Assembly (NCBI GenBank): GCA_031425655.1
Contig: JANPJS010000258.1
Coordinates: forward strand, 1 to 45,473
Source of the DNA: Abditibacteriaceae bacterium
GTDB taxonomy: Bacteria > Armatimonadota > Abditibacteriia > Abditibacteriales > Abditibacteriaceae
Length of the DNA stretch: 45,473 nucleotides
Direction of reading: 5' to 3'
Below, piece by piece: positions 1 through 9,685 of the stretch (position 1 is the stretch's first letter; each line of letters begins with the position of its first letter). Below the pieces are notes generated by a model. The model worked only from the letters and a program-made list of their open reading frames with translations. It was not told the origin of the DNA and did no database searches. The position numbers and the translations under genes were made by a program.

Positions 1-40
1 AATCTGTGTCGTTTCCGTGTGCGAAGCCCGTGTTCCATTA
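1..40. repeat. Right arm of a hairpin repeat element (same family as 33441-33627), cut by the window edge
   Basis: aatctgtgtcgtttccgtgtgcgaagcccgtgttccatt closely matches aatccgtgcgtttccgtgtggcgaagcaccgtgttccatt at ~33583-33623. Confidence 0.75.
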
Positions 41-52
41 AAACCTCATCGC

Positions 53-1471
53 TCAGCCGATGCGCGCGATTTCCATTCCGACAAGGCACACGTCATCCTC
101 GAAATCCGCGCTGCCGGAATAGCGCTGAATCTCGGCCATCACGCCGTCGAAAAGCGGAGGGAGCGGCAAATCGGCGCCTTTTCTGAACGCTTCCTGCAAG
201 CCATCTTCGCCGTATTCGCCCGACTCGCCTTCGACCTCGAAAAGCCCGTCGGTGAAAAGCACGATGGCATCGCCAGCGCTTAAGGTGCAGCGCTGCGTGT
301 CGTAAGTGGCTGCCTCGAAAAGACCCAAAACCGGGCCGCCGTTGATGGCCGAAGGCAAAGGCTCTACCGTTTTCGCATCGCGCCGCAGCCAGAACGGGCT
401 GGGATGTCCGGCGTTGGTGTAGCTCATTTCGCCGGTCGAAATATCAGCCACCAAATAAAACGCCGACGCGAACAACGGCGTGCGCGTCTGCTGCAATATG
501 CCGATGAGCCGATCATTCAATTCGGCCATAAATTCGCCGGGATTGGCCGCTACCGAGGTGCGTTCGCCAACTAAGGCACGCATCATCGCCGTCACCAGCG
601 CCGAGCGCACGCCATGCCCCATTACGTCGCAAATAAACACGCCGGCAGTGGTGTCGGAAAGCGCCAACACATCGAAGAAATCGCCGCCTAACGTCGTCGT
701 GGGAATCCAGCGATGGCAAAAGCGCAGCGCGCTTGCCGACGGAATAGCTTCGTGGGGAAAACTCGGATACTGGCGCGGCACGAACGACGATTGAATCTCA
801 CGCGCCAGTTGCAAATCGGCCAACATATGCTCGTTTTTCGCGCGTAATTCGCGGCTCACTTGCTCTAATTCGGCGTTCGAGCGCGCCAATTCACGCGCTT
901 GCTGCTCTAAAGTCGCTTTGGCTTCGCTCAGTTCGAGGTTTTTTTGCAGCGTGGTTTCGTAAGTGCCGAGCAGCAGGCCGACTGTGGTTTGCAGGCTCGG
1001 CTTATGAGTCAGCAAATGCCGTTCACCGGCCAAAAACACTTCGACGCCACCATTCGCCGTGCCGACGTTTTGAGCTTCGTGGTTTTCCGTTAAATAGCGA
1101 ATGCGGGCCAGCAGCAGATTTTCGTCAAAAGGCTTCACCATAAAGCCTTCCGCGCCGCAATCCAAGCCTTTGATGACATCGCGCGGCGCCGAAAGTGAAG
1201 TCAGCAAAATGACGGGAATATGGCGCAGCGCCTCATCTCTTTTAATGTTGCGGCACAACTCGTAGCCGTCCATGACCGGCATTTCGACATCGCTGATAAC
1301 AATGCGCGCGTTGAGACTTTGCAAGGCATCGAGCGCTTCCTGGCCGTTGCGCGCGACCGTCACCTGATAATGGTTTTGTTGCAACGTGCGACGCAGCCGG
1401 ATGGCCTGCGTCGGGCTGTCTTCCACGATTAAAACTTCGATGCCGGAATTGGCTGCCGCTGTTTCATCCAT
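53..1471 (-). CDS. Response regulator with C-terminal PP2C/SpoIIE (RsbU-like) phosphatase
   Basis: N-terminal REC (VLIVEDS, ISDVEMP, FMVKP), a coiled coil, then PP2C metal motifs GGDFFD, CDVMGHG, LFTDG, EDDVC. Confidence 0.92.
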   Translation of the reverse strand: MDETAAANSGIEVLIVEDSPTQAIRLRRTLQQNHYQVTVARNGQEALDALQSLNARIVISDVEMPVMDGYELCRNIKRDEALRHIPVILLTSLSAPRDVIKGLDCGAEGFMVKPFDENLLLARIRYLTENHEAQNVGTANGGVEVFLAGERHLLTHKPSLQTTVGLLLGTYETTLQKNLELSEAKATLEQQARELARSNAELEQVSRELRAKNEHMLADLQLAREIQSSFVPRQYPSFPHEAIPSASALRFCHRWIPTTTLGGDFFDVLALSDTTAGVFICDVMGHGVRSALVTAMMRALVGERTSVAANPGEFMAELNDRLIGILQQTRTPLFASAFYLVADISTGEMSYTNAGHPSPFWLRRDAKTVEPLPSAINGGPVLGLFEAATYDTQRCTLSAGDAIVLFTDGLFEVEGESGEYGEDGLQEAFRKGADLPLPPLFDGVMAEIQRYSGSADFEDDVCLVGMEIARIG

Positions 1472-1480
1472 GATATTTCC

Positions 1481-2542
1481 TTAAATGGTTCTATTGACCA
1501 AACTGACCAGCATTGCCGCGACTTTATCGGGCGGCAAAATGTGAATAGCCGCGCCTAATTTAATGGCTTCGCCGGGCATTCCATGCACCACTGAACTGGC
1601 CGCGTCCTGCGCGATGGTGACCGCGCCTTTGTCTTTCATCAGCTTCAATTCATCGGCGCCGTCGCGGCCCATGCCGGTTAATAAAACTCCGGCGGCGTTG
1701 GCTCCGAAACCCTGCGCAACCGAGCGAAATAAATACGAAACCGCAGGCCGTAAATTGCTTTCGGCAGGAGCATCGCTGAGCGCGATGCGCCGTGCGCTCA
1801 CGCCCATGTGATGATTATCGGGCGCTAAATAAGCGTGCCCGGTCAGCAATATCTCGCCTTGCACAGCGATGCGAACCGGAAACTTCGTCACCTGCGTCAG
1901 CCACGAAACGAGGCCCGGCAGAAATCCCGCCGCAATGTGTTGCACGATAAGAATCGGCGCCGCGAAATCCTGAGGCAAACCCGACAGAATCGTTTCCAAA
2001 ACCGGCGGCCCGCCCGTTGACACGCCGATAGCGACGACTTCGATTTTGTGGCGCGGCGCCAAAGCCGGTAGCACCGCCGGCAACGCAGCACTCACCTCAC
2101 TTTTTACAGCTTCGGCAGGCCGTCGCCAGCGCCGCACAACTTTCACTTCGGCCATCGCTTTGACGGTTTGCACCAGTCTGCGGGCCAGCGCATCGGAATC
2201 TTCATGGCCGGGGCCGCGTGGTTTCTCGACGGCGGCGAGCGCCCCGGCTTCCAATGCCTGAAAAGTCAGCGCCACTTCCTTCGCCGCGTAAGCCGCGCTC
2301 ACCATGACAATCGGGACGGGCTGCGGCGATTCCATGATGCGCCGCGTTGCTTCCAAGCCGTCCATCTTCGGCATATCAACGTCCATCGTGATGACATCGG
2401 GTTTGTGCCGCGCTAAAAAAGCCAACGCTTCCTCGCCGTTGCCCGCCGTTCCCATGATGCTCAGCGCCGGATCGGAGCCAAGAATGTGTTCCAGCAATTT
2501 GCGCGCGACGGGCGAATCTTCGACGATGAGGACGTTAATCAT
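1481..2542 (-). CDS. cheB: Chemotaxis protein-glutamate methylesterase/deamidase CheB
   Basis: REC domain followed by methylesterase with GVSTGG, VQHI and TGMGRDG catalytic motifs; GMPGEA near the C-terminus. Confidence 0.96.
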   Translation of the reverse strand: MINVLIVEDSPVARKLLEHILGSDPALSIMGTAGNGEEALAFLARHKPDVITMDVDMPKMDGLEATRRIMESPQPVPIVMVSAAYAAKEVALTFQALEAGALAAVEKPRGPGHEDSDALARRLVQTVKAMAEVKVVRRWRRPAEAVKSEVSAALPAVLPALAPRHKIEVVAIGVSTGGPPVLETILSGLPQDFAAPILIVQHIAAGFLPGLVSWLTQVTKFPVRIAVQGEILLTGHAYLAPDNHHMGVSARRIALSDAPAESNLRPAVSYLFRSVAQGFGANAAGVLLTGMGRDGADELKLMKDKGAVTIAQDAASSVVHGMPGEAIKLGAAIHILPPDKVAAMLVSLVNRTI

Positions 2543-2543
2543 A

Positions 2544-4895
2544 TTAAATGAGGCGGCGTATGACTTCCAATAAATTGCTTTGCTCGAAGTTGCTTTTTAC
2601 TAAATAAGCATTGGCGCCCACATCAATGCCGCGTTCACGATCTTCGCGCGAATCGCGTCCCGTGACCAAAACAACGGGCAAATCGGCTAACTTTTTATCG
2701 CCGCGAATCGCTGCCGTCAGGTCGAAACCGTTCATGCGCGGCATATCAATGTCCGAAACCACAGCGTCGAAAAGCGTAGTCTTCAGCGTGGTCAGCGCTT
2801 CCAAACCGTCCACAGCAGTCGTCACCTGATAACCGGACGATTCGAGGATATTCTTCAAGAGCATCCGCGACGTGATGGAATCTTCCGCGATGAGAATGGT
2901 TTTTGCCGGCGCCGCTTCGCCTTGCGCGGTCGCGGAAACCGTGGTGCGGCCTGCTTTAACCGCCGATTTCATCAAATCGGCAGCGTTGAGAATCGGCACG
3001 GCTTTGCCCGATCCGAGAACCGTGGCGCCCGCCACATTGCGCACGCGCGATAACGGATCGCCCAAACTTTTCACCAGCACTTCCTGCTCGTTCAAAATCG
3101 CCTCTACCACAAAAGCGATGCGTTTTTCCCGCGTGCCCAACACCACGACTTGAAGAAAAGCGGATTCTTCTTTGGCTTTGGCGGGCAGTTCCAAAACGTC
3201 TTCGAGCCACACCAGCGATACCAAGTCCTGTCCCGCATCGGCGCGGTTTAAAGCGATGGTTTCGCGGTTTTCGACGGTTTGCACGTCGCCGGGCTGAATG
3301 CGCACCACGCGCTCGACATCGGCGGTCGGAATCACGAAAATCTGCCCCGCCGCCTGTGTCAGGATGCCTTTGAAGGTGGCCAAAGTCAGCGGGAGCGAGA
3401 TGCGAAACGTCGTGCCCGTTCCCGGTCGGGTTTCCAATTCAATACTGCCGCCGAGCTTTTCGACTTTTTCGCGCACGATGGCCATACCCAAGCCGCGTCC
3501 TGAAATTTCCGTGATGATCGGGCTGGTCGAAACGCCCGAATGGAAAATCAGCGCGAGGGTTTGTGCCTCATCAAGCAGCGCCGCCTCGGATTCGGAGAGA
3601 GCGCCTTTACGCACGGCGGCGGCGCGAATTTTTTCCGAGTCCATGCCCGCGCCGTCGTCGGAAATCAAGACTTCCACTTCGTTGCCGCCGACGCGCGACA
3701 CGACGATGCTGACCGTCGCACGGTGCGCTTTGCCCAGTCGCACGCGCTCGTCGGGCGCTTCGATGCCGTGGTCAACGCTGTTGCGCAAAAGATGAATCAG
3801 CGGGTCTTTGATTTCTTCCAGAATGCGCTTGTCAATCTCGACTTCGCTGCCGCGCATCATCAATTGCACGTCTTTGCCCTGATCGTGCGACAGGTCGCGC
3901 ACCAATTTCGGAAAGATGCCCAAAAGCGTGGCAAAGGGCATCATCAACAGCTTTTTGGTGTCTTCGAGCAGGTTATTGACGAGGGCCGACGTGGCGCGCT
4001 GATCGTGTTCCGCCGATCTGGAAAGCGCCGTCAATTTGCTTTCCAGAGATTTGACGTAAGTCTGATTCCAATCGAGAAATTCCAGCAGGCGCGCCACGGG
4101 CACCAAAGTTGGCGGCGCGCCATCGGCGTTGTTTTTATCTAAAGCGCGCCTTGCGCGGCGCAGTTGCGGCGAGATTTTGTCCCACTCTTTTTTCCAGAGT
4201 TCGAGGCTGGATTCGGCTTCGCGCAAATCGTCGGCGCGCTGGCTGGCCGTGAGTTTCACAACGAGCATTTCTTCGGCCTGTAAGAGCAGCGCGTCGAGCT
4301 TTCGCGTGGAAATACGCACCGTTTCCGAAAGCGTGGCCTTTTCCGCGACGGGCGATGCGACGGGCGCAACGGGCGGCGATGCGACGGCGGCGGGTTCTTC
4401 AGCGATGGCCGAAATCGGCGCCAGTGCAATTTCCGGCGGCGCTTCAATTGGCGCCGGAGCAGGTTCAGGCGGCGCGGTCACTGGTTCGCTTTTGCCTTCT
4501 TTTATCGCGCCCAAACGTTGAACCAGCGGCGTAATCTGTGCGGAGGCAGTGCCGTTTTCGGGTGCGGCGAGCAGCTTTTCGATCACATCAAGCGATTGAT
4601 AAAGCGTGTCGAATTGCGCGGCGGCGGGCTGCAATTCGCCGTATTTCCACGCCGAAAAGACGTTTTCCAGTGCCTGACAAACGGTTTCAACAGCGACCAT
4701 GTTGACCGCGCGCGAGGCACCTTTGAGGCTGTGCGCTTCGCGGCAAATCGTCTCGATGAGCGGCGCGTGAGATGTCGAGGCCGGGTCTTTCTCCACTTCC
4801 AGCAGCCCGCCGGACATGGCGTCAAGATGCTCGCCGGCTTCGATAGTGAAAGCCGCGCGCAGTTCTTCGAGAAAGTCGTCGTCTGATTGGCTCAT
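2544..4895 (-). CDS. cheA: Hybrid CheA histidine kinase (Hpt-HATPase-CheW-REC), WspE-like
   Basis: Hpt REAHSLKG; HLLRNSVDHGIE, DDGAG and SGRGLGM boxes; CheW domain; C-terminal REC (SDIDMP). Confidence 0.96.
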   Translation of the reverse strand: MSQSDDDFLEELRAAFTIEAGEHLDAMSGGLLEVEKDPASTSHAPLIETICREAHSLKGASRAVNMVAVETVCQALENVFSAWKYGELQPAAAQFDTLYQSLDVIEKLLAAPENGTASAQITPLVQRLGAIKEGKSEPVTAPPEPAPAPIEAPPEIALAPISAIAEEPAAVASPPVAPVASPVAEKATLSETVRISTRKLDALLLQAEEMLVVKLTASQRADDLREAESSLELWKKEWDKISPQLRRARRALDKNNADGAPPTLVPVARLLEFLDWNQTYVKSLESKLTALSRSAEHDQRATSALVNNLLEDTKKLLMMPFATLLGIFPKLVRDLSHDQGKDVQLMMRGSEVEIDKRILEEIKDPLIHLLRNSVDHGIEAPDERVRLGKAHRATVSIVVSRVGGNEVEVLISDDGAGMDSEKIRAAAVRKGALSESEAALLDEAQTLALIFHSGVSTSPIITEISGRGLGMAIVREKVEKLGGSIELETRPGTGTTFRISLPLTLATFKGILTQAAGQIFVIPTADVERVVRIQPGDVQTVENRETIALNRADAGQDLVSLVWLEDVLELPAKAKEESAFLQVVVLGTREKRIAFVVEAILNEQEVLVKSLGDPLSRVRNVAGATVLGSGKAVPILNAADLMKSAVKAGRTTVSATAQGEAAPAKTILIAEDSITSRMLLKNILESSGYQVTTAVDGLEALTTLKTTLFDAVVSDIDMPRMNGFDLTAAIRGDKKLADLPVVLVTGRDSREDRERGIDVGANAYLVKSNFEQSNLLEVIRRLI

Positions 4896-4900
4896 CGCGG

Positions 4901-5010
4901 AACCCCGATTAAAATCGGGGGCTACCTTTGCAAAGTCCGCCTTCGCGGACTAAATTCCGAGTCCGAAAAAGCGAAATTCGTAATCATAAACCCTGATTTC
5001 AATCGGGGCA
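4901..5010. repeat. REP-like palindrome cluster inside the che operon
   Basis: accccgattaaaatcgggg, agtccgccttcgcggact and accctgatttcaatcgggg; related units occur at 21874, 24001, 41125 and 45406. Confidence 0.8.
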
Positions 5011-5013
5011 AAA

Positions 5014-6651
5014 TCACACCTTAAATTGCTCGACTTGCTCTTTGAGGCGCTGCCCCAGTTCGGTCAGGCTACGCGCGGCTTCTTCCAATTGGCGGGCGCC
5101 TTCCACGTTTTGCGTGCTGGCCTGCTTGATGCTTTCCATCGCCTGCGCCACTTGATCCATGCCGACTAATTGCTGCTGGCTCGATGCCGCGATTTGGCTG
5201 GCCGCCTGCGCCGCGTCGTCCACGCTTTCCGATAAGGCCAAAATCGCTTCGCCGGCTTGCTCGGCTTGTGTCACGCCAATTTCGACGGCTTTACTGCCCT
5301 GCTCCGTCGCCAAAACCGCCGCGCTGGTGGCCTTTTGGATTTCGGTGAGAATAGCGCGCACTTGCATCGTGGCCTGTTTCGATTGATCGGACAGACTTTT
5401 CACTTCCTGCGCCACGACCGCGAAACCTTTGCCCTGATCGCCGGCTTTGGCCGCTTCGATGGCCGCGTTGACCGCCAACAGATTCGACTGCTGCGCCAAA
5501 TCGTCCACCGAGGCGATGATTTGCCCGATGGCCTGACTTTGCTCGGCCAAGCGCACCATGCCTTCGGCGATGGCTTCCATTTGCTCGCGGATGCGCTGCA
5601 TTCCCGCGCCGGTTTCTTCGGTGGATTTGCGCCCGCTTTGCGCCACATTGACCGCGTGCTGCGCGGTTTCGGCGACTTGGCGCGCTTTCTGGCTGGCCAA
5701 CTGCGAGGTTTGGCGGATTTCTTCGACGGTCGTGGTCGTTTCGGCAACGGCGGTCGCGGTTTGAGTCGAACTGGCGGCAAGTTCGGTGGTCGAAGCCGAT
5801 ATTTCGCTGGACGAGGTCGTCAACACGTTGACGCCTTCGGTGATATTGCGATTGACCTGTTGCAGGTTCGCCACCATTTTGCTGAACGAGCGGGCCAGTT
5901 TCCCCACTTCATCGCGCCGCGCGTCGGCGGCGACTTGGACGGTCAAATCGCCGTTAGCGATGCGCTCGGCGGCGCCGGCCATTGCTTTCAGCGGTCGGGC
6001 GATGATGAGGCCCATAATGATGGTCATCAGAGTGCCCAAAAGCAATGCGACGGCACCGGCTGTCATGAATTGCTGAATGGCCCTGTGCCCGTTCTCTTCG
6101 GCGTTACGAATGGAATTTTTCGCGTTACTATCGGCTTGAGCGGCCAGATTTTCGGCGATATTGCTCATATCCTCGACACGCTGCGCTTGAATACCTAAAA
6201 GCAAGGCTCTGGCCTGCGGCATTTTACCTGCGTAGATTAATGGAATGATTTGCAGCTCGCGCGTTTTCTTATGCGTGTCCTGAATCGTGCGCAACTGCGC
6301 CAACGGCCCCGCGAAATTCTGATCCACCTTGTTGCGGTCGAGAAGACTATCGGTGACCTTTTCCTGCAAAGCGGTCTTCGCTTTCAGGTTGCTGTCCCAC
6401 TTTTGCTGCTCGGCCCGCGTGGTGGCCGACAGCATCGCCAGCACTCCGGCGCGCAAAGCGACGTGTTGCTGGCGCAACTCCCATAAGTCGGTGACGTTGG
6501 CGAACTCCATCTGGTAAAGCCGCTTTTGCGAGGCTTGCATCGTGTTGATGCGAACGTAAGCCAGAGCAATGACGGACGCTAAAAACGCCATCATCACGAT
6601 GAAGCCGAGCGCCAGTTTGGTCGCCGTCGAAAAATTCAAGAACCACTTCAT
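5014..6651 (-). CDS. Methyl-accepting chemotaxis protein (2 TM, four-helix sensor, HAMP), WspA-like
   Basis: Two hydrophobic segments, HAMP (RRDEVGKLA), signalling tip QSNLLAVNAAIEAAKAGDQGKGFAVVAQEV. Start taken at ATG 6651 (MKWFLN) after GGAGCAGG; the longer ORF overlaps cheW. Confidence 0.93.
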   Translation of the reverse strand: MKWFLNFSTATKLALGFIVMMAFLASVIALAYVRINTMQASQKRLYQMEFANVTDLWELRQQHVALRAGVLAMLSATTRAEQQKWDSNLKAKTALQEKVTDSLLDRNKVDQNFAGPLAQLRTIQDTHKKTRELQIIPLIYAGKMPQARALLLGIQAQRVEDMSNIAENLAAQADSNAKNSIRNAEENGHRAIQQFMTAGAVALLLGTLMTIIMGLIIARPLKAMAGAAERIANGDLTVQVAADARRDEVGKLARSFSKMVANLQQVNRNITEGVNVLTTSSSEISASTTELAASSTQTATAVAETTTTVEEIRQTSQLASQKARQVAETAQHAVNVAQSGRKSTEETGAGMQRIREQMEAIAEGMVRLAEQSQAIGQIIASVDDLAQQSNLLAVNAAIEAAKAGDQGKGFAVVAQEVKSLSDQSKQATMQVRAILTEIQKATSAAVLATEQGSKAVEIGVTQAEQAGEAILALSESVDDAAQAASQIAASSQQQLVGMDQVAQAMESIKQASTQNVEGARQLEEAARSLTELGQRLKEQVEQFKV

Positions 6652-6661
6652 ACCTGCTCCT

Positions 6662-7189
6662 TTAGGCCGCGACTTCTTCGTGAACGATGATTTTTTCGTC
6701 CGCCAAAATGCGCGCGACATCAAGCACAATGGTGCGTTCGCCGGTGACGCCGCGCAAATATTCAGCGCGAATGCCGGTTAATGTCGGCAGCGACGATTGC
6801 AATTCCTTCAACGGCAGCAAGCGCACGCCCAAAATGGTATCGGCCAAGATGCCCAATTCCATGCGTCCGGCGCGCACGATAATGACTTTATTGAGATCGC
6901 TGAAGCCCTTTTCCGGGAGTTCAAAAAACCGCTTGATGTCAATGACCGTAAGAATCTGCCCGCGCACGTTGACGATACCGAGAACGAAAGACGGCGTGCA
7001 GGGCACAAAAGTCAGGTCTTTGAGGGGATAAACTTCGCGCACCAGCACCGATTCGACGGCGTATTTTTCGTGCGCGAGCAGAAATTCGACGACTTCGAGA
7101 TCATCTTCACCCGACCGCGCCGTTTGCAGCTCGCGCGCTAAAGTTTCGGCTCTGGCAGCGAAAATGGCGCGCTTTGCATCGTCGCTCAT
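6662..7189 (-). CDS. cheW: CheW coupling protein (WspD-like)
   Basis: VEFLLAHEKYAVE, VPCTPSFVLGIVNVRGQILTVIDI. Confidence 0.93.
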   Translation of the reverse strand: MSDDAKRAIFAARAETLARELQTARSGEDDLEVVEFLLAHEKYAVESVLVREVYPLKDLTFVPCTPSFVLGIVNVRGQILTVIDIKRFFELPEKGFSDLNKVIIVRAGRMELGILADTILGVRLLPLKELQSSLPTLTGIRAEYLRGVTGERTIVLDVARILADEKIIVHEEVAA

Positions 7190-7653
7190 AGCGCGTTCTC
7201 CGGTTCAAGGGCAATTTGCAGCGTGTGTTCTTCGGAAAGCGAAAGTGCGGCCTCTAAATCTTGAATTAGCACGATGCCTGCTTTGCCTTTGATAGCCCCG
7301 CTGACGTATTCGAGGCCGGAAATGAGGTCTTCGGACGGCAAAACTTCGCTCGCCGCACACGCGATAACGCCGCCGACTTCGTCCACAACGAGAGCCACTT
7401 TGCGCCGCGCAGTGCGCGCGATGACGAAGAGATCGGAGAGTTCTAAATCGCGCTCCGGCAGGTTATTGCGCCGGCGCAGGCTGATAACGGGGATGATTTC
7501 GCCCTGCACGTTTATTACGCCGAGAACGATATTAGGCGCTTTGGGAAGAGAAGTGATGAGGGCCGCGCGAACCACACGCTCCACCAAGTCCAGAGCCAGC
7601 GCGTAATGCTGCTCATCGAGAGCGAATTCGACGAAACGGAGCGGCTGATTCAT
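7186..7653 (-). CDS. cheW: CheW coupling protein (WspB-like)
   Basis: LPKAPNIVLGVINVQGEIIPV, ALVVDEV; ATGA overlap with the next cheW. Confidence 0.92.
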   Translation of the reverse strand: MNQPLRFVEFALDEQHYALALDLVERVVRAALITSLPKAPNIVLGVINVQGEIIPVISLRRRNNLPERDLELSDLFVIARTARRKVALVVDEVGGVIACAASEVLPSEDLISGLEYVSGAIKGKAGIVLIQDLEAALSLSEEHTLQIALEPENAL

Positions 7654-7753
7654 GTGGCCCTCGGTTCCTGCGGTGCGATTATTGAGAATTGAGAAGTGTC
7701 AACGGAATTATACAACCAATTTAGAGGCGCAAGAATAATCTCAGTCACCCGGC

Positions 7754-7819
7754 CAGGGCAATCGCATGCGAAATGATTAAGCACAAGAAGCAGGTGTCAT
7801 TCCGAGCGCGTTTGCCCTG
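7754..7819. mobile_element. Internally deleted MITE-like element of the CAGGGCAATCGCATG family
   Basis: Ends cagggcaatcgcatg ... cgcgtttgccctg; flanks tcacccggc / ccacccggc (8/9 direct repeat); contains a gtgtcattccgagc fragment. Confidence 0.65.
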
Positions 7820-7936
7820 CCACCCGGCCATAAATGACCGGGCTGAAATACAAAGCCTCTTCGAGGCTCACCAGAAGCCTCGCCTCAGCCCCGGAGGGGC
7901 TTCGTGTTTTAGCCCGGTCATTTATGGCCGGGTGGC
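7819..7936. repeat. REP-doublet hairpin overlapping the P450 stop codon
   Basis: gccacccggccataaatgaccgggct ... agcccggtcatttatggccgggtggc is a perfect inverted pair with inner palindromes. Confidence 0.85.
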
Positions 7937-9178
7937 TGTGGCAAGGCTGCGGCAAGGCGCCGGATTCCAAGCCACGGGAATGCTTTCAAAGCCGCGAAAA
8001 ACGATGCCGTCGCGGCTTGCCGGTTCGGCGCAGAGCAAATGTAAATCGGGGAAGCGTTGTAAAAGCGAAGTTAGCGCGATTTGTCCGCCGGCGCGAGCTA
8101 AAATTGCGCCCAAACAAAAATGAATGCCGACGCCGAAAGCCATGTGCATTTTCGGATTGCGCTTTAAATCGAGCCGGTCGGGATGCGCGAAAACGTGCGG
8201 ATCGTGGTTGGCGGCGCCTAAAACCATCGTGACTTTGGCGCCTTGAAGAATGGTTTTGCCGCCGATGCACACGTCTTCCAATGCAACGCGCGCCGTCATT
8301 TGCACCGGGCTGTCGTAGCGCAGCAATTCTTCGACGGCAGCCGGCATGAGATGCAAGTGATCTTTGAGATATTGCAACTGCGCGGGATGGCGCAGCAGCG
8401 CTACGACGCTGTTGCCGATGAGGTCAACTGTTGTGCCCTGCCCGGCGCCCAATAAAAGGATGCAGGTGGCCACGATTTCTTCTTCGTCCAGGTGCCCGCC
8501 CTGCTCTTCGGCCTCGCTCAAACGGCTGATTAAATCGTCTTGCGGCTGGCGGCGGCGTTCTTCGAGAATTTCCAGAAAGTAGTCGTGCAGCGCCACGGTC
8601 GCGCGGCTGGCTTCTTCATAAACCTGCGGCGTGCGATTTTGGTCAATAGCCGCCGAAAGTGCGTTCGACCACGCGCGAAACTGCGTTTGATCTTCGGCGC
8701 GCACACCGAGAAGCTCGGCGATGATGACGAGCGGGAGCGGAAATGCGTAATCCGCAATAACATCCATCGAGCCTTTGTCCTGCGCCGCGTCGAGCAAACT
8801 CTCGGCAATCGTGGCAATGCGCGGACGAAGCGCCGAAACCACGCTGGGCGTGAAGGCTTTGCTGACTAAAGTGCGCAACCGCGTGTGATCGGGCGGATCG
8901 CGGTAAAGCATCCATTTGCCGGCCATTTCGTAAAAAGCACGATGTGTTTCGGGCAGAGTGTGAGCGGCGGCGGGCGCGTTAACGCGATGCAATTCGCGTC
9001 CGAATCGAGGGTCTTTCAGGGTGGCGACGACATCGGCGTGCCGAAAAAGATACCAGAAGCCGGGTCTTTCAGGCGTTGGTTCCACCGCGCAATGCACGGG
9101 ATCGTGATTGCGGTAGAGATGATAAAACGGATAAGGGTCGCTGAGAAACCCCGAACGCAGCGGATTGAACGGCTCCAT
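7922..9178 (-). CDS. Cytochrome P450
   Basis: DPYPFY, DPPDHTRLR, EELLR (ExxR), heme signature FGVGIHFCLG. Start placed at ATG 9178 (MEPFNP); the exact start is uncertain. Confidence 0.93.
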   Translation of the reverse strand: MEPFNPLRSGFLSDPYPFYHLYRNHDPVHCAVEPTPERPGFWYLFRHADVVATLKDPRFGRELHRVNAPAAAHTLPETHRAFYEMAGKWMLYRDPPDHTRLRTLVSKAFTPSVVSALRPRIATIAESLLDAAQDKGSMDVIADYAFPLPLVIIAELLGVRAEDQTQFRAWSNALSAAIDQNRTPQVYEEASRATVALHDYFLEILEERRRQPQDDLISRLSEAEEQGGHLDEEEIVATCILLLGAGQGTTVDLIGNSVVALLRHPAQLQYLKDHLHLMPAAVEELLRYDSPVQMTARVALEDVCIGGKTILQGAKVTMVLGAANHDPHVFAHPDRLDLKRNPKMHMAFGVGIHFCLGAILARAGGQIALTSLLQRFPDLHLLCAEPASRDGIVFRGFESIPVAWNPAPCRSLATATRP

Positions 9179-9433
9179 GTCGTAGCTGTAGATTTGCGCG
9201 TGGAGCGATTCCTTCCCTCGCGCGGTGCGTCTGACCTTTAATTGAGATGACAACGAAGCCGGCGGCTGCTCGCTGTGATCCCTATAACCAAAAACGAATA
9301 GGCTGAGCGTCGAGCGTGGTAATTGTCGCACTCAGTATAGGCGAGAGTGCCGCAAAAGCGCACGGCGGCGCACATAAGGTTCCCGTTATGGTGCCGGGCA
9401 TTTACACTTGCGCGAGGTAAAACGCTTTTCATC

Positions 9434-9669
9434 ACTCAGCCTTACGCGGTGCCGCCGTTTTTAAACGGGAAGGCGGGAAGAACGGGAAGGCGGGAAGAGA
9501 TTTGAGTGCTTTAGGCGGACGGGAAGCGATTTGGAGGCTTGGCTAACGAGCGGTGTGCTATCAGGACAGTGTTCAGGCCGTTTTTTCACGTTGTCAACCC
9601 TAAAAGATTTCCCGTCTTCCCGTTCTTTCCGTCTTCCCGTTAAAAACCACGGCACCGCATAAGGTGAGT
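9434..9669. mobile_element. Composite MITE-like element (ACTCACCTTACGCGGTG-type ends) carrying a tandem 9-mer hairpin
   Basis: Left actcagccttacgcggtgccgccgtttttaa is the near reverse complement of right ttaaaaaccacggcaccgcataaggtgagt; inner arms (cgggaagN)n and (Ncttcccg)n. Confidence 0.7.
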
Positions 9670-9685
9670 CAATCAGGAGAATAAC

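Noticed and set aside
9179..9331. N-terminal extension of the P450 ORF
   Set aside because: No P450-like sequence and no clear RBS; the family-typical N-terminus begins near MEPFNP/DPYPFY.
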